DNA of 64,000 nt from Lama glama (lineage: Eukaryota): positions 24,616,001-24,680,000 of the forward strand of contig CM052816.1 of the NCBI GenBank assembly GCA_028534125.1. The letters run 5' to 3'. Below are positions 26,545 through 39,100 of the stretch, piece by piece (the first letter of the stretch is position 1; each line of letters starts with the position of its first letter). A program made the translations under genes and the position numbers. A model generated the notes under the pieces. It was not told where the DNA came from. It was given only the letters and a program-made list of their open reading frames with translations, and searched no databases.

Positions 26545-27082
26545 ACCCCGGTGCAGAAAAGAGTTAACACAGCAAGCCTGAGACTGCTGTTCTTAGAAAG
26601 ACCTATGTGCAAGGTCGACTTTAGTTGGCATTTGGGAACTTGGATTTTGGGGGGTGTTCCCACTGTGCCCCAACTGGTAAAAGTGGCTCCTTGGGACTAG
26701 ACTATGTAAATAATATGATTTATGCTGATCATCTGCTTTTTTTCTGGAGGGTTAAATTGGGACTTCGTACTAGGCAGAAGGTGCCTAACTGACCAGCCGC
26801 CAATAAAAACCTGGGGTCCTGAGTCTTTAATGGGATTCTCTGGGCAGAAAGATCATACACATGTTGCTGTGCAGGAGTGCAATCTCTGTGACCCTCTGTG
26901 GGAGGTGGGGAGCATGAGAAAGCCTGAACCTGGGTCCTCAGACTCCACCTGCATCTTTTCCCCTTGTGGCCTAGCTTACTATGTCACTGTAACAAATCTG
27001 AGCTGTGTGCAACTAGATGTTGAGTTCTGTGAGTCCTTCAAGTGAATCTCTGAGTGTGGGGTGGTCCTGAGGACCTCTGACA
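26545..27082 (+). mobile_element. ERVL-class LTR (MER68/MER21/MER77-like)
   Basis: Starts 'gtgcagaaaagagttaacacagcaagcctgagactgct' and ends 'ggggtggtcctgaggacctctgaca'. Confidence 0.75.
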
Positions 27083-27344
27083 CCATCTCCTTTCTCCAGC
27101 ACTCCTACATCCCTATCCTCACCCTACACAATTCCAGTGACAGGGTAAAAGGGAAGCATTTCTGGAAAGTTAAATGGCAAATAAAGAAAATATTGATCAG
27201 GAAGACCTGGTTAAATAAAAATACATCAATCCTTCTGAAAGTCAGGAAGCCAATGTATTGGTCTTGGAAAACTTACTTACATACTTTGTACTAACAGAAT
27301 AAGAACTTTCAAAAAAAGAAAGGATTTCTTAGGATCTCTCATTA

Positions 27345-28150
27345 GCTTTTTAAAAGTAACAGCTTAATTGAGATAATTCATATACCATGAAGATCACTGT
27401 TTTAAAATATATACATAATTCAGTGGTTTTAGTATCACTAAATAGTTATGTACCTGTCACCACTAATTCCAGAACAGTTTCATCACCACAAAATTAAACA
27501 CTGTGACCATCAGTAGTCAGTCCCCATCGTCCCTTCTCCCTAGCCCTTAAGAACCATGAATCTACTTTCTACCTGTATAGCTCTGCCTCTTCTGGAGATT
27601 TTATATACATGGAATCACATGGTCTTTGGTGACTAGCTTCTTTCATCCATGTCGTGGCATGCAACAGTACTTCATTCTTTTTTATGGCCAAATAATATTC
27701 TACTCTATGGAGATACCACATTTTATTCATCAGTTGATGAATATTTGGGTTATTTCCACTTTTTAGCTATTATGAATATCCATGTACAAGTTTTTGCATG
27801 AACATGTGTTTTCAGTATACTTAGGAGTGAAGTTGCTGGGTCATATGGTAACTTTATTTACATTTAACTTTTTGAGGAACGGCCAAACTGTTTTACAAGC
27901 TGGCTGTAGCATTTTACCCTCCCATCAACAATGTATGAGCCTTCCAATTCCTCTAAAATGCTCATCAACACTTGGTATTTTCTTTTCTGAGTCTAGTCAT
28001 TCTACTAAGTGTGAAGTAGCATCTCATTGTGGTTTTAATTTGTATTTTTCTAGTGACTAATAATGTTGAGCACCATACTGCATCTTATCGGCCATTTATA
28101 TATCTTCTTTGGAGAAAAATCTATTCAAATCCATTGCCCATTTTAAAATG
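27345..28150 (-). mobile_element. Old L1 (L1MB/MC-like) 3' region
   Basis: Antisense L1 motifs 'ttgagataattcatataccat' and 'gcatctcattgtggttttaatttgtattt'. Confidence 0.85.
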
Positions 28151-29699
28151 TGTGGTCTCAGTGGTTTCATCCCAATGTGTGCTTGTTATTTAAGGACCGT
28201 TTACATAACTACATGGAAACTAACAAACAAAATTCCTTCCCTGTCATTTAGGTAGAAGAGTTTAAGAAAGGTCACTTGATATTTCCATTAAATATTTACT
28301 ATACTTTACAACATTACCTCAGATCTTTCATTTGAATAACCCAATGATTTTAGTATTCGCAGGAACACAGCAGTTCAGCACCACAATAAAACATACTCTG
28401 TTTTATTATGGTAAACCCAGATACTGATGAAAGTTCAAAGTCAAATCATCTTCTCAGCCTCCCCCTGCAAGGCAGGTAGACCAATAAATGAGGCTCTTTC
28501 CAGTAGAAATATACTTATTAATACTTAATAGAAAGATAATTTTTTTAACCTTCTGTTTAAACAACTCAACCTAAAATTTTCCTGCTTTATTCATCTTCAA
28601 AAGCTCAACTCTTAGTCAGTAATTGGCGTAATTATATTTAGTAATGTGGACAATTTAGCAAATCTTGAAAACCCTTAAAAAAAAAAGCCTGTAATGATCC
28701 TATACTGTGAAATATTTAAGTTATGCTACATGGTTTTCTATTTTAGTTATTGTTATCTTAACTTGCAATCCAAAAAACCATTTTTCAAAAATACCATAAG
28801 AATAAAATAATACCTAGAAGAATTCTTTCCTTTTATCTCCCCCAGAAGGAGCTTGTAATTTTAAACTTTTAATATATCACCTCATTTGACTTTTTTCTCC
28901 TTTTAACTTCTCAATTGTCTGGAAAAATCCTGTTCACAATAGCTCTTTCCGTTTTGTGCGATGAGGAAAGAGAGAGGGTTAGTGATTTGCTCTGGGTCAC
29001 AGAGGCCGGTCATGGCCAGACCTGGGCTCTTTCCACTGTTTTTTCAGTACATGAATTTGGAGAAATAACATGTTGAGTCAGACATGAAGAAACCTCTTCT
29101 CTTAGTGTCTTTATTGTTATTTTACTGGAGAATCAGCTAAGGTTGGACAAATTTACAAGAAAGCCAAAGCCCAAAGGCTCAAATTCCTGACTATAGAACA
29201 TTGTTTAACCTTGTAGCCAGTAGCACAGTTGGAAAAATGTTTCGTTCTGATGTGAGACAGAACCTGACCATTTTAGCTTGTCTTTTTTTCTAGAGATAAT
29301 TACATTTCTTTCCCCAGGAGAGCTGTAATTTTGAGAAAACTACTTAGCCCAGTACTGGTGGGGGTTTTTTTTCCCCCTAACTTATTTTCATATTTCTTTG
29401 AGATCACCATAATATGAACTTCAGCCATATGGGAGAAATGAAATAACTTGACAGCTGTTTGGCTCTTCAAGTCCTCATGTTTCTCCATGTTTCAAATATA
29501 TAAAAGAACATTTCTCTAGCTTTATAAACTTTTACCTCCCTGTGTTTAGCTCTCACTAAGTCATTTATGAAAGAATGCATGGGGATAATAAAATAAATAG
29601 GAAAAAAAACCCTTAAGGTTTGATACAGGATTCTGTGGATTACGACTTCCAACTGTGTTTCTATAGTAACACTTCACCTTCCTGGTAACCATAATAACA

Positions 29700-29920
29700 T
29701 CAATTTTGGAGGGCCTTACTTGTGCCCGCCACCCTCTATTACCCCTACCTAATCCTCAAAACAGTCCTAAGAGGTGGGTGTTATTTGTCCCATCTTACAG
29801 ATGAGAAAACTGAGGTTTAAGAAGATTAGATAACTGGACTAAGGTGACACAGTTAAGTGGTACCTGTGATTCAAATACGGGTCTGAGTAATCCCACAGCT
29901 ACTGCCCTTTCATCATATGC
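29700..29920 (-). mobile_element. MIR SINE remnant
   Basis: Contains 'cccatcttacagatgagaaaactgaggtttaagaag...aaggtgacacag'. Confidence 0.8.
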
Positions 29921-29934
29921 CACCTTTCAGATTA

Positions 29935-30159
29935 GGAATATTTGAGATTTGCAGATACTAACTACTATATATAAAATAGATAAACAACAAATTCATACTG
30001 TATAGCACAGGGATCTATACTCAATATCTTGTAATAGCTCATGGTGACAAAGAATATGAAAATGAATATATGTATATTCATGTATGACTAAAGCATTGTG
30101 CTGCACACCAGAAACTGACACAACATTGTAAACTGACTATCCACCAATAAAATACATAG

Positions 30160-30200
<41 letters not shown>

Positions 30201-30220
30201 GAGTAAATTGAAAAAAAAAG
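29935..30220 (+). mobile_element. L1 3' end (camelid type) with (CA)n tail
   Basis: Contains 'gagatttgcagatactaactactatatataaaatagataaac...cacaacattgtaaactgact'; (CA)n at about 30159-30199. Confidence 0.85.
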
Positions 30221-32891
30221 AAATATGTGTTGGCTTTGGTGTCACCCATAACTACTATGTGGTCAGCCTCCAAGATGGCCCCAGATGATCCCCTCTCTTG
30301 CTTTTTTCCCCCTTGCACAGTCCTTTTACACACTGAAACCCAGGGTTGACCTGTGTCACCAACAGAATATTGCAAAAGTGCAAAATACTTGTTGATTAAG
30401 TACCGTTTGGGGGAAATGTAATTCCAAGCAGAGAGGAAACAGGCACAGAGGCGTGAAGATATGAATATGAGGCATGTGTGAGGGAGTATCTATTAAATTA
30501 AAAACCAATGTTTTATGAAGTTATTTCTCTTATACCTAATTTAATTCAATTTTATAGTAATTAAATTTATTTTTACACTTAAATTAATTCACTGTGAAAT
30601 TAAGTTAAAAATAAGCTTATATTTAAATCTATGGAAACAGAAGTTTCAGCCTATATTAATCCTTGTAGTCTTTTAGTTGTGTAATTTTCCCCTCTCTTTT
30701 CCCAGTGGCAAGGACAAAACACTTGGGACCACAGTGAGGTAAAGACCACAGCTGAGATCTAGTAACGAATCCCTGTGGAGGAGGGAGAAGGTCTAGACTC
30801 TGAATCAGAAAGTCTGAGAGGTCATGACTATGATATTAGCTACTGTCCCCGCACTGAGCAGGTGACTGACTTGCGTGCCCTGCCTGTTCTGCTGACCTTC
30901 AGCTTTCATAGGGTGAGGTCAGCAGCACCCCAGCAAGGGTCAGCCTCACTTGTCAACTCAAGGGAGCTCTTTATTTATCCATCACCCACCACCATTTATT
31001 GTTCATCCAACATTGTCTAGTTTCTGCTAGGCACTATGCTGAGTGATTGGTTAGGAATGTAAGGCAGCAGAATGAGGAAGAAAGACACAGAACAAGTGAG
31101 GCTGAGTGTGTGAGAAATGCTGGAATGGAAACAAACAGAAGGTACAATGTGAGCACAGACAGAGGGAGACAGGTGTCAGGGTGGGCTTTCTGAAGGCAGT
31201 GATACCTGGTCCAGTTTTGAAAGACAGCTCAGCACGTACTATGCCAAGTGACAGGCAGAGAAGGTTCAAAGGGCCAGAACAAGCACACACGGCTGCAGTG
31301 TAATCTTTCTGGGGCAAGAGGGCAACAGATGTGGCGGGGGAGCAGACCAGGTCACAGAGTGTCCTCCTCACAGTCCAAAGGCCAACTCTCTGAGATAAAC
31401 GGACACACTCGTATGACCTCCTGCTTCCTGGTTTCCTGCCCCTGTCGCAGGGGCATGTTTGGAGTGAGGCTTGGTCGTAGCACGTGGTTCTGCCCCCTTG
31501 GGTTTGTTAGAGGGAATTAAATAGAAGTTTCTTTTTCTCCATGATGATCCTGGCAGCTGTGAGTTTTTCACATCAGGCCAAGTTTATTTTGTTCCACTAA
31601 GCATTTGAAATGTGCTGTTTATTTCTCGATCTAAGTATTGCAACATGAGGATTAACAGGAAACAGGCTGTGGGAAATTATAGTTTGGAGAGTTAGGCTAA
31701 TAGTTTAATGTTCAAGGTGCACGTGCATTGCCTACCCTCTATAGTAGCCTGAGTGCGGGTCTGTCACCAACAGACAGTGGGGCCGTTAGCCATTTATTTA
31801 TTCCACAAGGGTCTCTGCTCACTATACTTTCATCTTTTTGCCAGGCGCTCGGTGCATTCCTAGCCTCTCCAAGCTCTAGGTGATCAGTGAATATTCCCAT
31901 TATCCCTCCAAGGCTTTCCCCCACTGCCTTACAGTAACCACAGCTACCATTCGGACATACGCTGTGTGCCAAGCACTTTATGTATTATCTCACTTAATAC
32001 TCTCCACAATTCTGTGATTATCCCCACTTTACAGTTGAGGAAAGTGAGGCACAGAGGGACTGCACAGCTTAGAAAGTGATGAAACCAGACATACACCAAG
32101 CAGTCCTCCTTAAGCAGAGCCTCCCGACACAGAGATTACAGAAGGTATTCCGTAACTTTGTTTACTGAATGAAATTACCCATCATATTTGTTCTTTTATC
32201 ACCACTCAAAAGTTCATAGAGCAAACACCATTGTCTTTTTACAGATAAATTTAACTGAAACTCACAGAATCATATAATGGCTCAGTATAGAAGTTAGAAT
32301 CCCAGAAAGTCTTTAGTCTTTCAGAGAATCATGCCTACTTCTGAAATCAGTGTCCCCTCTTGGGTTGTAAAAATCAGCCTAGATGCGATGAAGAAACTGA
32401 ATGAAATGATCCTTGAAGATGGATTCGATTTTTGGAAATAGTCCAAATAATTTGAGCCAAGCCAGGTAAATAAACTGGTCAATGAAGTTGGATAATGCTG
32501 TTTTGGTCACATATCTGGCTGTGCATTCACTACATGAACTAAGTTCATTGGCTTAATTTTGCCTTATGGACAACAGAAAACTTCTCTTCCTTTTCTGTTA
32601 CTTGCTTTCCTCACCTAAGCAATGTAAGGAAAAACTGTAATCCATCAGTGAAAAGCCACCAAGGTTTATAAGGTCATGTCCGTAAAAAGTTCCCATGAGT
32701 AAGCCTCTATGCAAATAGAGGAGACTACTATTATTACTACCGCTAGGTTACACAGAAACACTCATTCATCACTTACGTACTTCTTGGCTAGGCTTTCAGT
32801 TTGCCCTCATGTAGCCCCAGTTACACACAGAAGCAATCCTAGGACCTCCACTTCAATTACCCTTGGTTGGTTTTGTTTTGTTAAACACAGA

Positions 32892-32895
<4 letters not shown>

Positions 32896-32938
<43 letters not shown>
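32896..32938. repeat. (GA)n microsatellite, about 21 units
   Basis: Uninterrupted AG dinucleotide run seen directly. Confidence 0.95.
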
Positions 32939-32941
<3 letters not shown>

Positions 32942-33403
32942 AGGCTAATAAATAAACCTGATTTTTGAAAATCTGTGATGATAAAAGGCTTTTAATGAAA
33001 GTGGGGCTTCAAGTTAAAACTCATCCATAATAGATTTCCACGAGGTTTTAAAACCTCACTTAAAAAGTAAGTCAAAGATTAAAGCATAGATTATTAAACT
33101 GTGTTTTTTTTTAAAAAACAATTTTAGGTGTTCTAAAAAATTGAATGACATGAACACTGATCACAAATATTTTTGTAAAATTAGTTTTTCTGTAAATATT
33201 TTCAAAATTGCCAAAAGTGAGGGACCAATAACAGGCAGTCAGTTATCAGCCAACACGCATACCACTCAGGACTTCATCCCCGCAGCTGGAAGAATCCCAC
33301 CTGCCTCTTCACTCAGCGCTACAAAAGACACAGCCTGTGCCAAGTTCTACAGGAACAAAACGCTCAGGTCTGTTGGAGTACACAGACATAGAAGTGGTTA
33401 GAA

Positions 33404-34523
33404 TCAGTAGCAGACTAAGGTTTTGTGAAGGTGAAGCTTGTACAACTTTAGGGTCTTCTTTAAGAAAAATTTTGAATTAAAAATTGGATGTGAAAGAAAT
33501 CAAGCTATTAATTTGAAATAGCTGATAAATTCCATTACACCTCCAAATCTAGAAAATGAATGTTGCATCTGATAAATGAACTGCCTGACGTCCTCTATGC
33601 TACTTTCTTATTTTTAACTGATTCTTGTCGATCTCTTCATATGGCAACAGTTTTATAATGTTCTCAATAAAGAATTAGTCTAGTCTTTTCTCTAGAAAAA
33701 GCTGAATTTTTACTGATAAGTTAGACATTTTCTTCCAGATTCAAACCTATTCTTGGTAATGTCATGCTAAGATGTGATGTACTTGTGACACACACAGAGA
33801 CAATGGCTGTTATTAGTATTACCTTTGGGTTTGTGCCCAATAAACACAGGGATTATGATAAATTGTGTAATAAGCATAAATAAAGTTTGGGATAGTTATA
33901 ATTATATGAGCTGCATTATCAAGTATCAAGTCCTAACAGGAGAGAACTTCTGTTTTGACTTGACATTAATGAGAACAGAATCCAGCACTTACAACTGACA
34001 GGTATGCTGATGGGAAGAATTTGCCAGAGACTAGCTTCTGGCTCTGCACACTTCCAATTTTGTTTCTCTTCCACTACCCATATACTTCTGATGCACAGCA
34101 CCTGTAGGACATGTTTGTAGGATGAAACCACCTCTGGCCCCGCACTTCTGTGTCACCAAGGAGGGCGAATTTGTTTGGTGGGAAGTGGGAGGATTCCTAG
34201 CAGCCAAGATGACTAGCAATAACTTACTTTATGCACAGAGAAATGACAGCAAATCACATAAATATATCCCACTAATCTCAAATTAAATGTGTCTCCAAAC
34301 AATTTCCCCTTGGCTCACAATGCCAAAAAAGCCCTTGGCCACCTGATTGGAAGGGAGGGTAGTGAAGGAAAAATTGAAGTGGAGAGCGACAGCAATTCAA
34401 ATTGTACTTAAAAGTTTAAAAAAGCATATGACTACGTGGAATCTTGCTAGGAATCTTCCTAGGGCCCATATAAGTGAGGGTAGAAGTTTAAACTTCTTTG
34501 GTTTTGTAATAAGTACTCCCTTG
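33404..34523 (-). mobile_element. hAT-Tip100 DNA transposon remnant (Zaphod/MER115-like), internally deleted
   Basis: Ends resemble recalled Zaphod termini. Minus strand at about 33600-33770 gives broken hAT dimerization-domain peptides (MTLP...; LEKRLD*FFIENIIKLLPYEEIDK). Confidence 0.65.
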
Positions 34524-34589
34524 ATGGCAATACCTTCTGATAAGTGGTTAATATGGGATGTGGTAACAGCAAATAATAAAAGGTTGCTC

Positions 34590-35140
34590 TATTTACCATA
34601 GCTAAGACATGGAGACAACCTAAATGTCCATCGACAGATGACTGGATAAAGAAGTTGTGGTATGTTTACACAATGGAATACTACTCAGCCATAAAAATAA
34701 TAAAATAATGCCATTTGCAGCAACATAGATGGACCTGGAGATCATCACTCTAAGCGAAATAAGCCAGAAAGAGAAAGAAAAATACTATATCACTTATATG
34801 TGGAATCTTTAAAAAAAAAAGACAGAAATGAACTTATTCATAAAACAGAAACAGACTCATAAATATCGAGAACAAACAAATGGTTACCAGAGGGAAAAGG
34901 GAATGTGAAGGGATAAATTGGGAGTTCAAGATTTGCAGATACTAACTAAATATACAAAATAGATAAACAAGTTTCTACTGTATAGCACAAGAAACTATAT
35001 TCAATATCTTATAGTAAATGATCATGAAAATGAATATGAAAATAAATATATATATATCTTCATGTATGACTGAAAATTAAGCTGTATACCAGAAATTGAC
35101 ACAACATTATAAACTGACTATACTTCAATTTAAAAAAATG
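34590..35140 (+). mobile_element. L1 3' end (camelid type)
   Basis: Contains 'caacctaaatgtccatcgacagatgactggataaagaag...aactgactatacttcaatt' followed by an A-rich/(GAAA)n tail. Confidence 0.9.
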
Positions 35141-36699
35141 CAAAGAAAGAAAGAAAGAAAAGGCTGTTAGTTCTGAGGTGTGGAAGTCAGGGGGCCAAGG
35201 TGGGGGTCTCCTCTGATGTTATCCTAGACCTTTCAGGAGGTGCACCTTGAAAGATGAATAGGAATTTTCAGACTTCCTGTGCATTTAAAAGCCTGGTAAC
35301 AGGACAATGCATGTGTATGGAGAGGATACTGGGTGCTTTGTCTAGATTGTGGGCAAGTGCGTGGCACAGTATGGCAAAGAGACTGTAGGTTGTGTCTCCC
35401 CTGGCAATGCCAGCTGCTGGGGAGTTCTATTCTCACCTGCTTGGAAAATTCTAAGTCTCCGGTCCAAGAAGCTATTCCTCTACACGTCCTCCTCATTCTA
35501 ACTTCCACAGCCCCACTTCATTACAACACGGTGCACTTCATTCTTGGCCTTCTGACTCAGCATCCCTTACTCTCCTCCAGAGTTCACTGGTCCTGCCACC
35601 CCGATCACACCCACTAAGAACAGATTTACTCCATTTCCTGAAATACTCGCCTCACACTCAGGACACTATTATCTTTCTCCTTAACACAGTGCTGCTTTCT
35701 TTGATTGCTACCCCCACATCCTTGTTCCTGGAGAAGGAAGCCCATTTCCTAGCACTTAGCTTCCCTTCAGCTTCCAAATATTGCTCTTAACTCTGTAACT
35801 CTTGTGAACAGGAGCTGAAGCCATGGGCTTTCCTCGTAAAAATGGGTCAAGATATAATGTCTACTCTGTTCTTGTTCTTCAGGTACCAAATAGTGCTTCT
35901 ATCCTTTCCCTTATAGCCGGAGAAGTGGAATTGGCTTTAAAAAAAAAAAAAAAAAAGCAAGGCTCTTGGGATGGAGATTAGGTAAGAGAGAAGAAGAGCC
36001 AGTGTCTCGTCTTCTCACTGGTGACAACTGGACGAGCAGAGGAGCAGAAGCAGAGTCACCGGAGCCACTAAGTGGAGGCCTAGTTAAGGTGCCTCAAGGC
36101 TGCCTTGCACCTGCCACAGTCATCACTGACTACAGCCTGGAGTGGTCCCCAGACCAGAGCCCAGAGGATTCTGAGCAGGCCTGGGCTCATCCCACCCTGG
36201 TTCCACATTCCAGCTTAGTACTGTCCCATATTTGCCCTCTTTAGTTATCATCTTGGAACTTGTTTGTGCCCCAAAGCCCATGGCACCCCATTCAACACAT
36301 TAGCTCCCCTGGGCAACTTTCATCTTTGCCTGAAACTGAACTAGACTGATACTCTACAAAGGAATAGTTTGGGAAAACAAATTTATTAAAAGCAATAGAT
36401 CTAATGGCTAATTTTCATAATAAATCTCCAAAAACTAAATTAAAAACATTTCTGATTCTTATTTGCTGAATGACTAATTTATGGAACTATTAATTCATCA
36501 CAGCTTTTTTCAGTCTATTTCTAAAGCTTAAAGTAATTCACGTTTTTCAAGGCTGTCCAATGTTCTGTATATTTTGGGAAATGATGACTTCTTGTGAATT
36601 TTGAATGTTGAGGTGCTGTGCACTGTATGAGTGTGAAAGATTTTCAAACAAGGGTCATCTCAGTGGAGGCCAGGGAAGTACTCAGTAGTTTCAAAAATC

Positions 36700-39100
36700 T
36701 CTTAGAAAACATCAATTAGATGGAGATTTTTTTAACCTGAGATAATTCAGGCTGATAAAACCTGAAATGTTAAAAGCACACCCTTTTAAATTAGGAACAA
36801 AATGAGAATGCCTGGAATACTATTTGTACTCAACATTGAAATGGAATCCCTTGCTTGTGCAATAAAATAAAAAAGATTTAAAAGGACTAAAGATAAGAAA
36901 GGTAAAAACAATTTATTTTTTTCAAATATTATTGTCTACAAAGAAAATGTCTTAGGCTACAAATTGTTAAAATTAATAAGAAGATTTAGCAAGAATGTGG
37001 AATATAAGATCGATTTAGAAACTTAATTACATTTCTGTGCAACAACACAGGAAAATGCAATTAAAAATGTATTTCCAAAAGCAACAAAGGTGTAAAGTAC
37101 CTGGGAAAAAATCTAAGAAATGATGTGTGAGATCTTGTGTAGAATATTCTAAAACTTTATCGAAGGATGTTAAAGATGACCTTATCAAATGGAGACCCAC
37201 ACCATGTGTATGAATAGGTATATTTAACACCATAAAATGTCAAATTTCCTCATACTGAGGAATAGATTAGAAGCGGTTTCAATTTTTCAAAAAAGCCCTT
37301 ACTTGACAAGCTAAATTCTAAAATTTAAATGGAAGAGCAAAGGATCAAAAGTAGCCAATCACTTCTGAAGTGGGTAAGAAGTGTTGCTTTATCAGATAAC
37401 AAAACTTTTTATTATAAAATGACATTAATAAAGACAGCGATGTATGGTAGAGCTGGCATTGTAGATTAATGGGGAAAGAAAAGGCTATTCAGTAAATAAT
37501 GTGACAACTAATTATGCATATAAAATATTAAATGATGCCCTAATTCATACCAGAAACAAAAATAAATTCCAAATATGTAAAGGATCCTACTTTGAAAGAA
37601 AAACATACTTTTGGAAGAAAATACATAATAACATTCTTATAACCTCACAGTGGGGGAGGATTTCTCAAGTCACAGAAAATGGAAATGATTAAGAAAATGA
37701 GATATCACCTCACACCAGTCAGAATGGCCAATACCAAAAAGACAACAAACAACTGTGGAGAAAAGGGAATGCTCATGCACTGCTGGTGGGAATGTAAATT
37801 GGTGCAGCCACTATGAAAAACTGCATGGAGTTTCCTTAACAACTTAAAAATAGAACTACCATACAATTCAGTATTTCCACTCGGGTGTTTTTATATGAAG
37901 AAAACAAAAACACTAATTCGAAAAGATATATGCACCCCAATGTTCATAGTAGCACTATTTATAATAGTCAAGATATGGAAGCAACCTAAGTGTCCATAAA
38001 CAGACGACTGGATCAAAAAGATGTGATATATATATATAAAATACACACACACATATATATATAATGGAATATTACTTAGACATAAAAGGATTGAAATTTT
38101 GTCATTTTCGACAACATAGATGGACCTGGAGGGTATTATGCTTAGTGAAATAAGTCAAAGAAGGACAAACACTGTATGATTTCACTTATATGTGGAAAAC
38201 CAAAAAATAAAATAAATGAAAAAATATAACAAAACACAAAAAGACTCATAGATAAAGAGAACGAACGAATGGAAGGGGAGGGGTGGGGCAGGGGCAAAAT
38301 AAGTAAAGAAGATTAAAAGGTACAAACTACTAGGCACAAAATCAATAAATTACAAGGATGTAATTAATGTGCATTGCAGCACAGGGAATATAGTCAATAT
38401 TTTATAGTAACTTTGTATGGAGATATAATCTATAAAAACATCAAATTGCTACTTACACCAGAAACTAATATAATGTTGTAAGTCAACTATATTTCAATAA
38501 GAGAATAAAATAAACAAGTTGATAAATTAAAAATAAGAACTCAGACATAATAGAGAGCACGAAGAGACAAGTCATGTGCTGGAATAAAATGTTTGCAACA
38601 CACATGGCTAACAAAAGGTCAGCACCTGCAGTACTTCAAAAGCCATCTAAAATAAGGAGAAGCTAGTAACCTCTCTCCCCTCATCTCTTTTCCCAAAGGG
38701 CCCTAAATCCATAAGCAGGAATTTTAAAGAAGAGGAAATGAAAATGATCAACAAACATGTTGAAAAGATGCTCCTGCAGTATTAATAAGGGACAGGCACA
38801 TTAAAACCATTTACACCGAGATGCCATTTCACACCTTCCAGATAAGAAAAATTAAACAATCAGACAATGGCAATGTTGTTGAGGCAGCAGAATAACTGCT
38901 GGTAGTAGCATACATGACACAGAACTTTGGAACAGAATTTGACATAATGAGTACAGTTAATTATGTCCATTAATAAGAGGAATGGCCCAGTAGTTCCCCT
39001 GCTGGGTGTGCACCCTAGAGACACTCTTGCACAAGCACCTGGAGACACGGGCACGATGGAGTACTGCGTGAGTAAGCAACAAACTGAAAATAACCCAGAG
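36700..39100 (+). mobile_element. Ancient L1 (L1ME-like) interrupted by a younger L1MA-type 3' segment (about 37695-38510)
   Basis: Degenerate ORF2-like A-rich sequence on both sides. The insert 'aatgagatatcacctcacaccagtcagaatggcc...gtcaactatatttcaataa' is much better preserved. Confidence 0.8.

Noticed and set aside
31739..31972. Minus ORF with an internal ATG and ATA|GTGAGC donor as another first exon
   Set aside because: The donor falls in phase 0 relative to the ATG, not phase 2, and I recognise no similarity.
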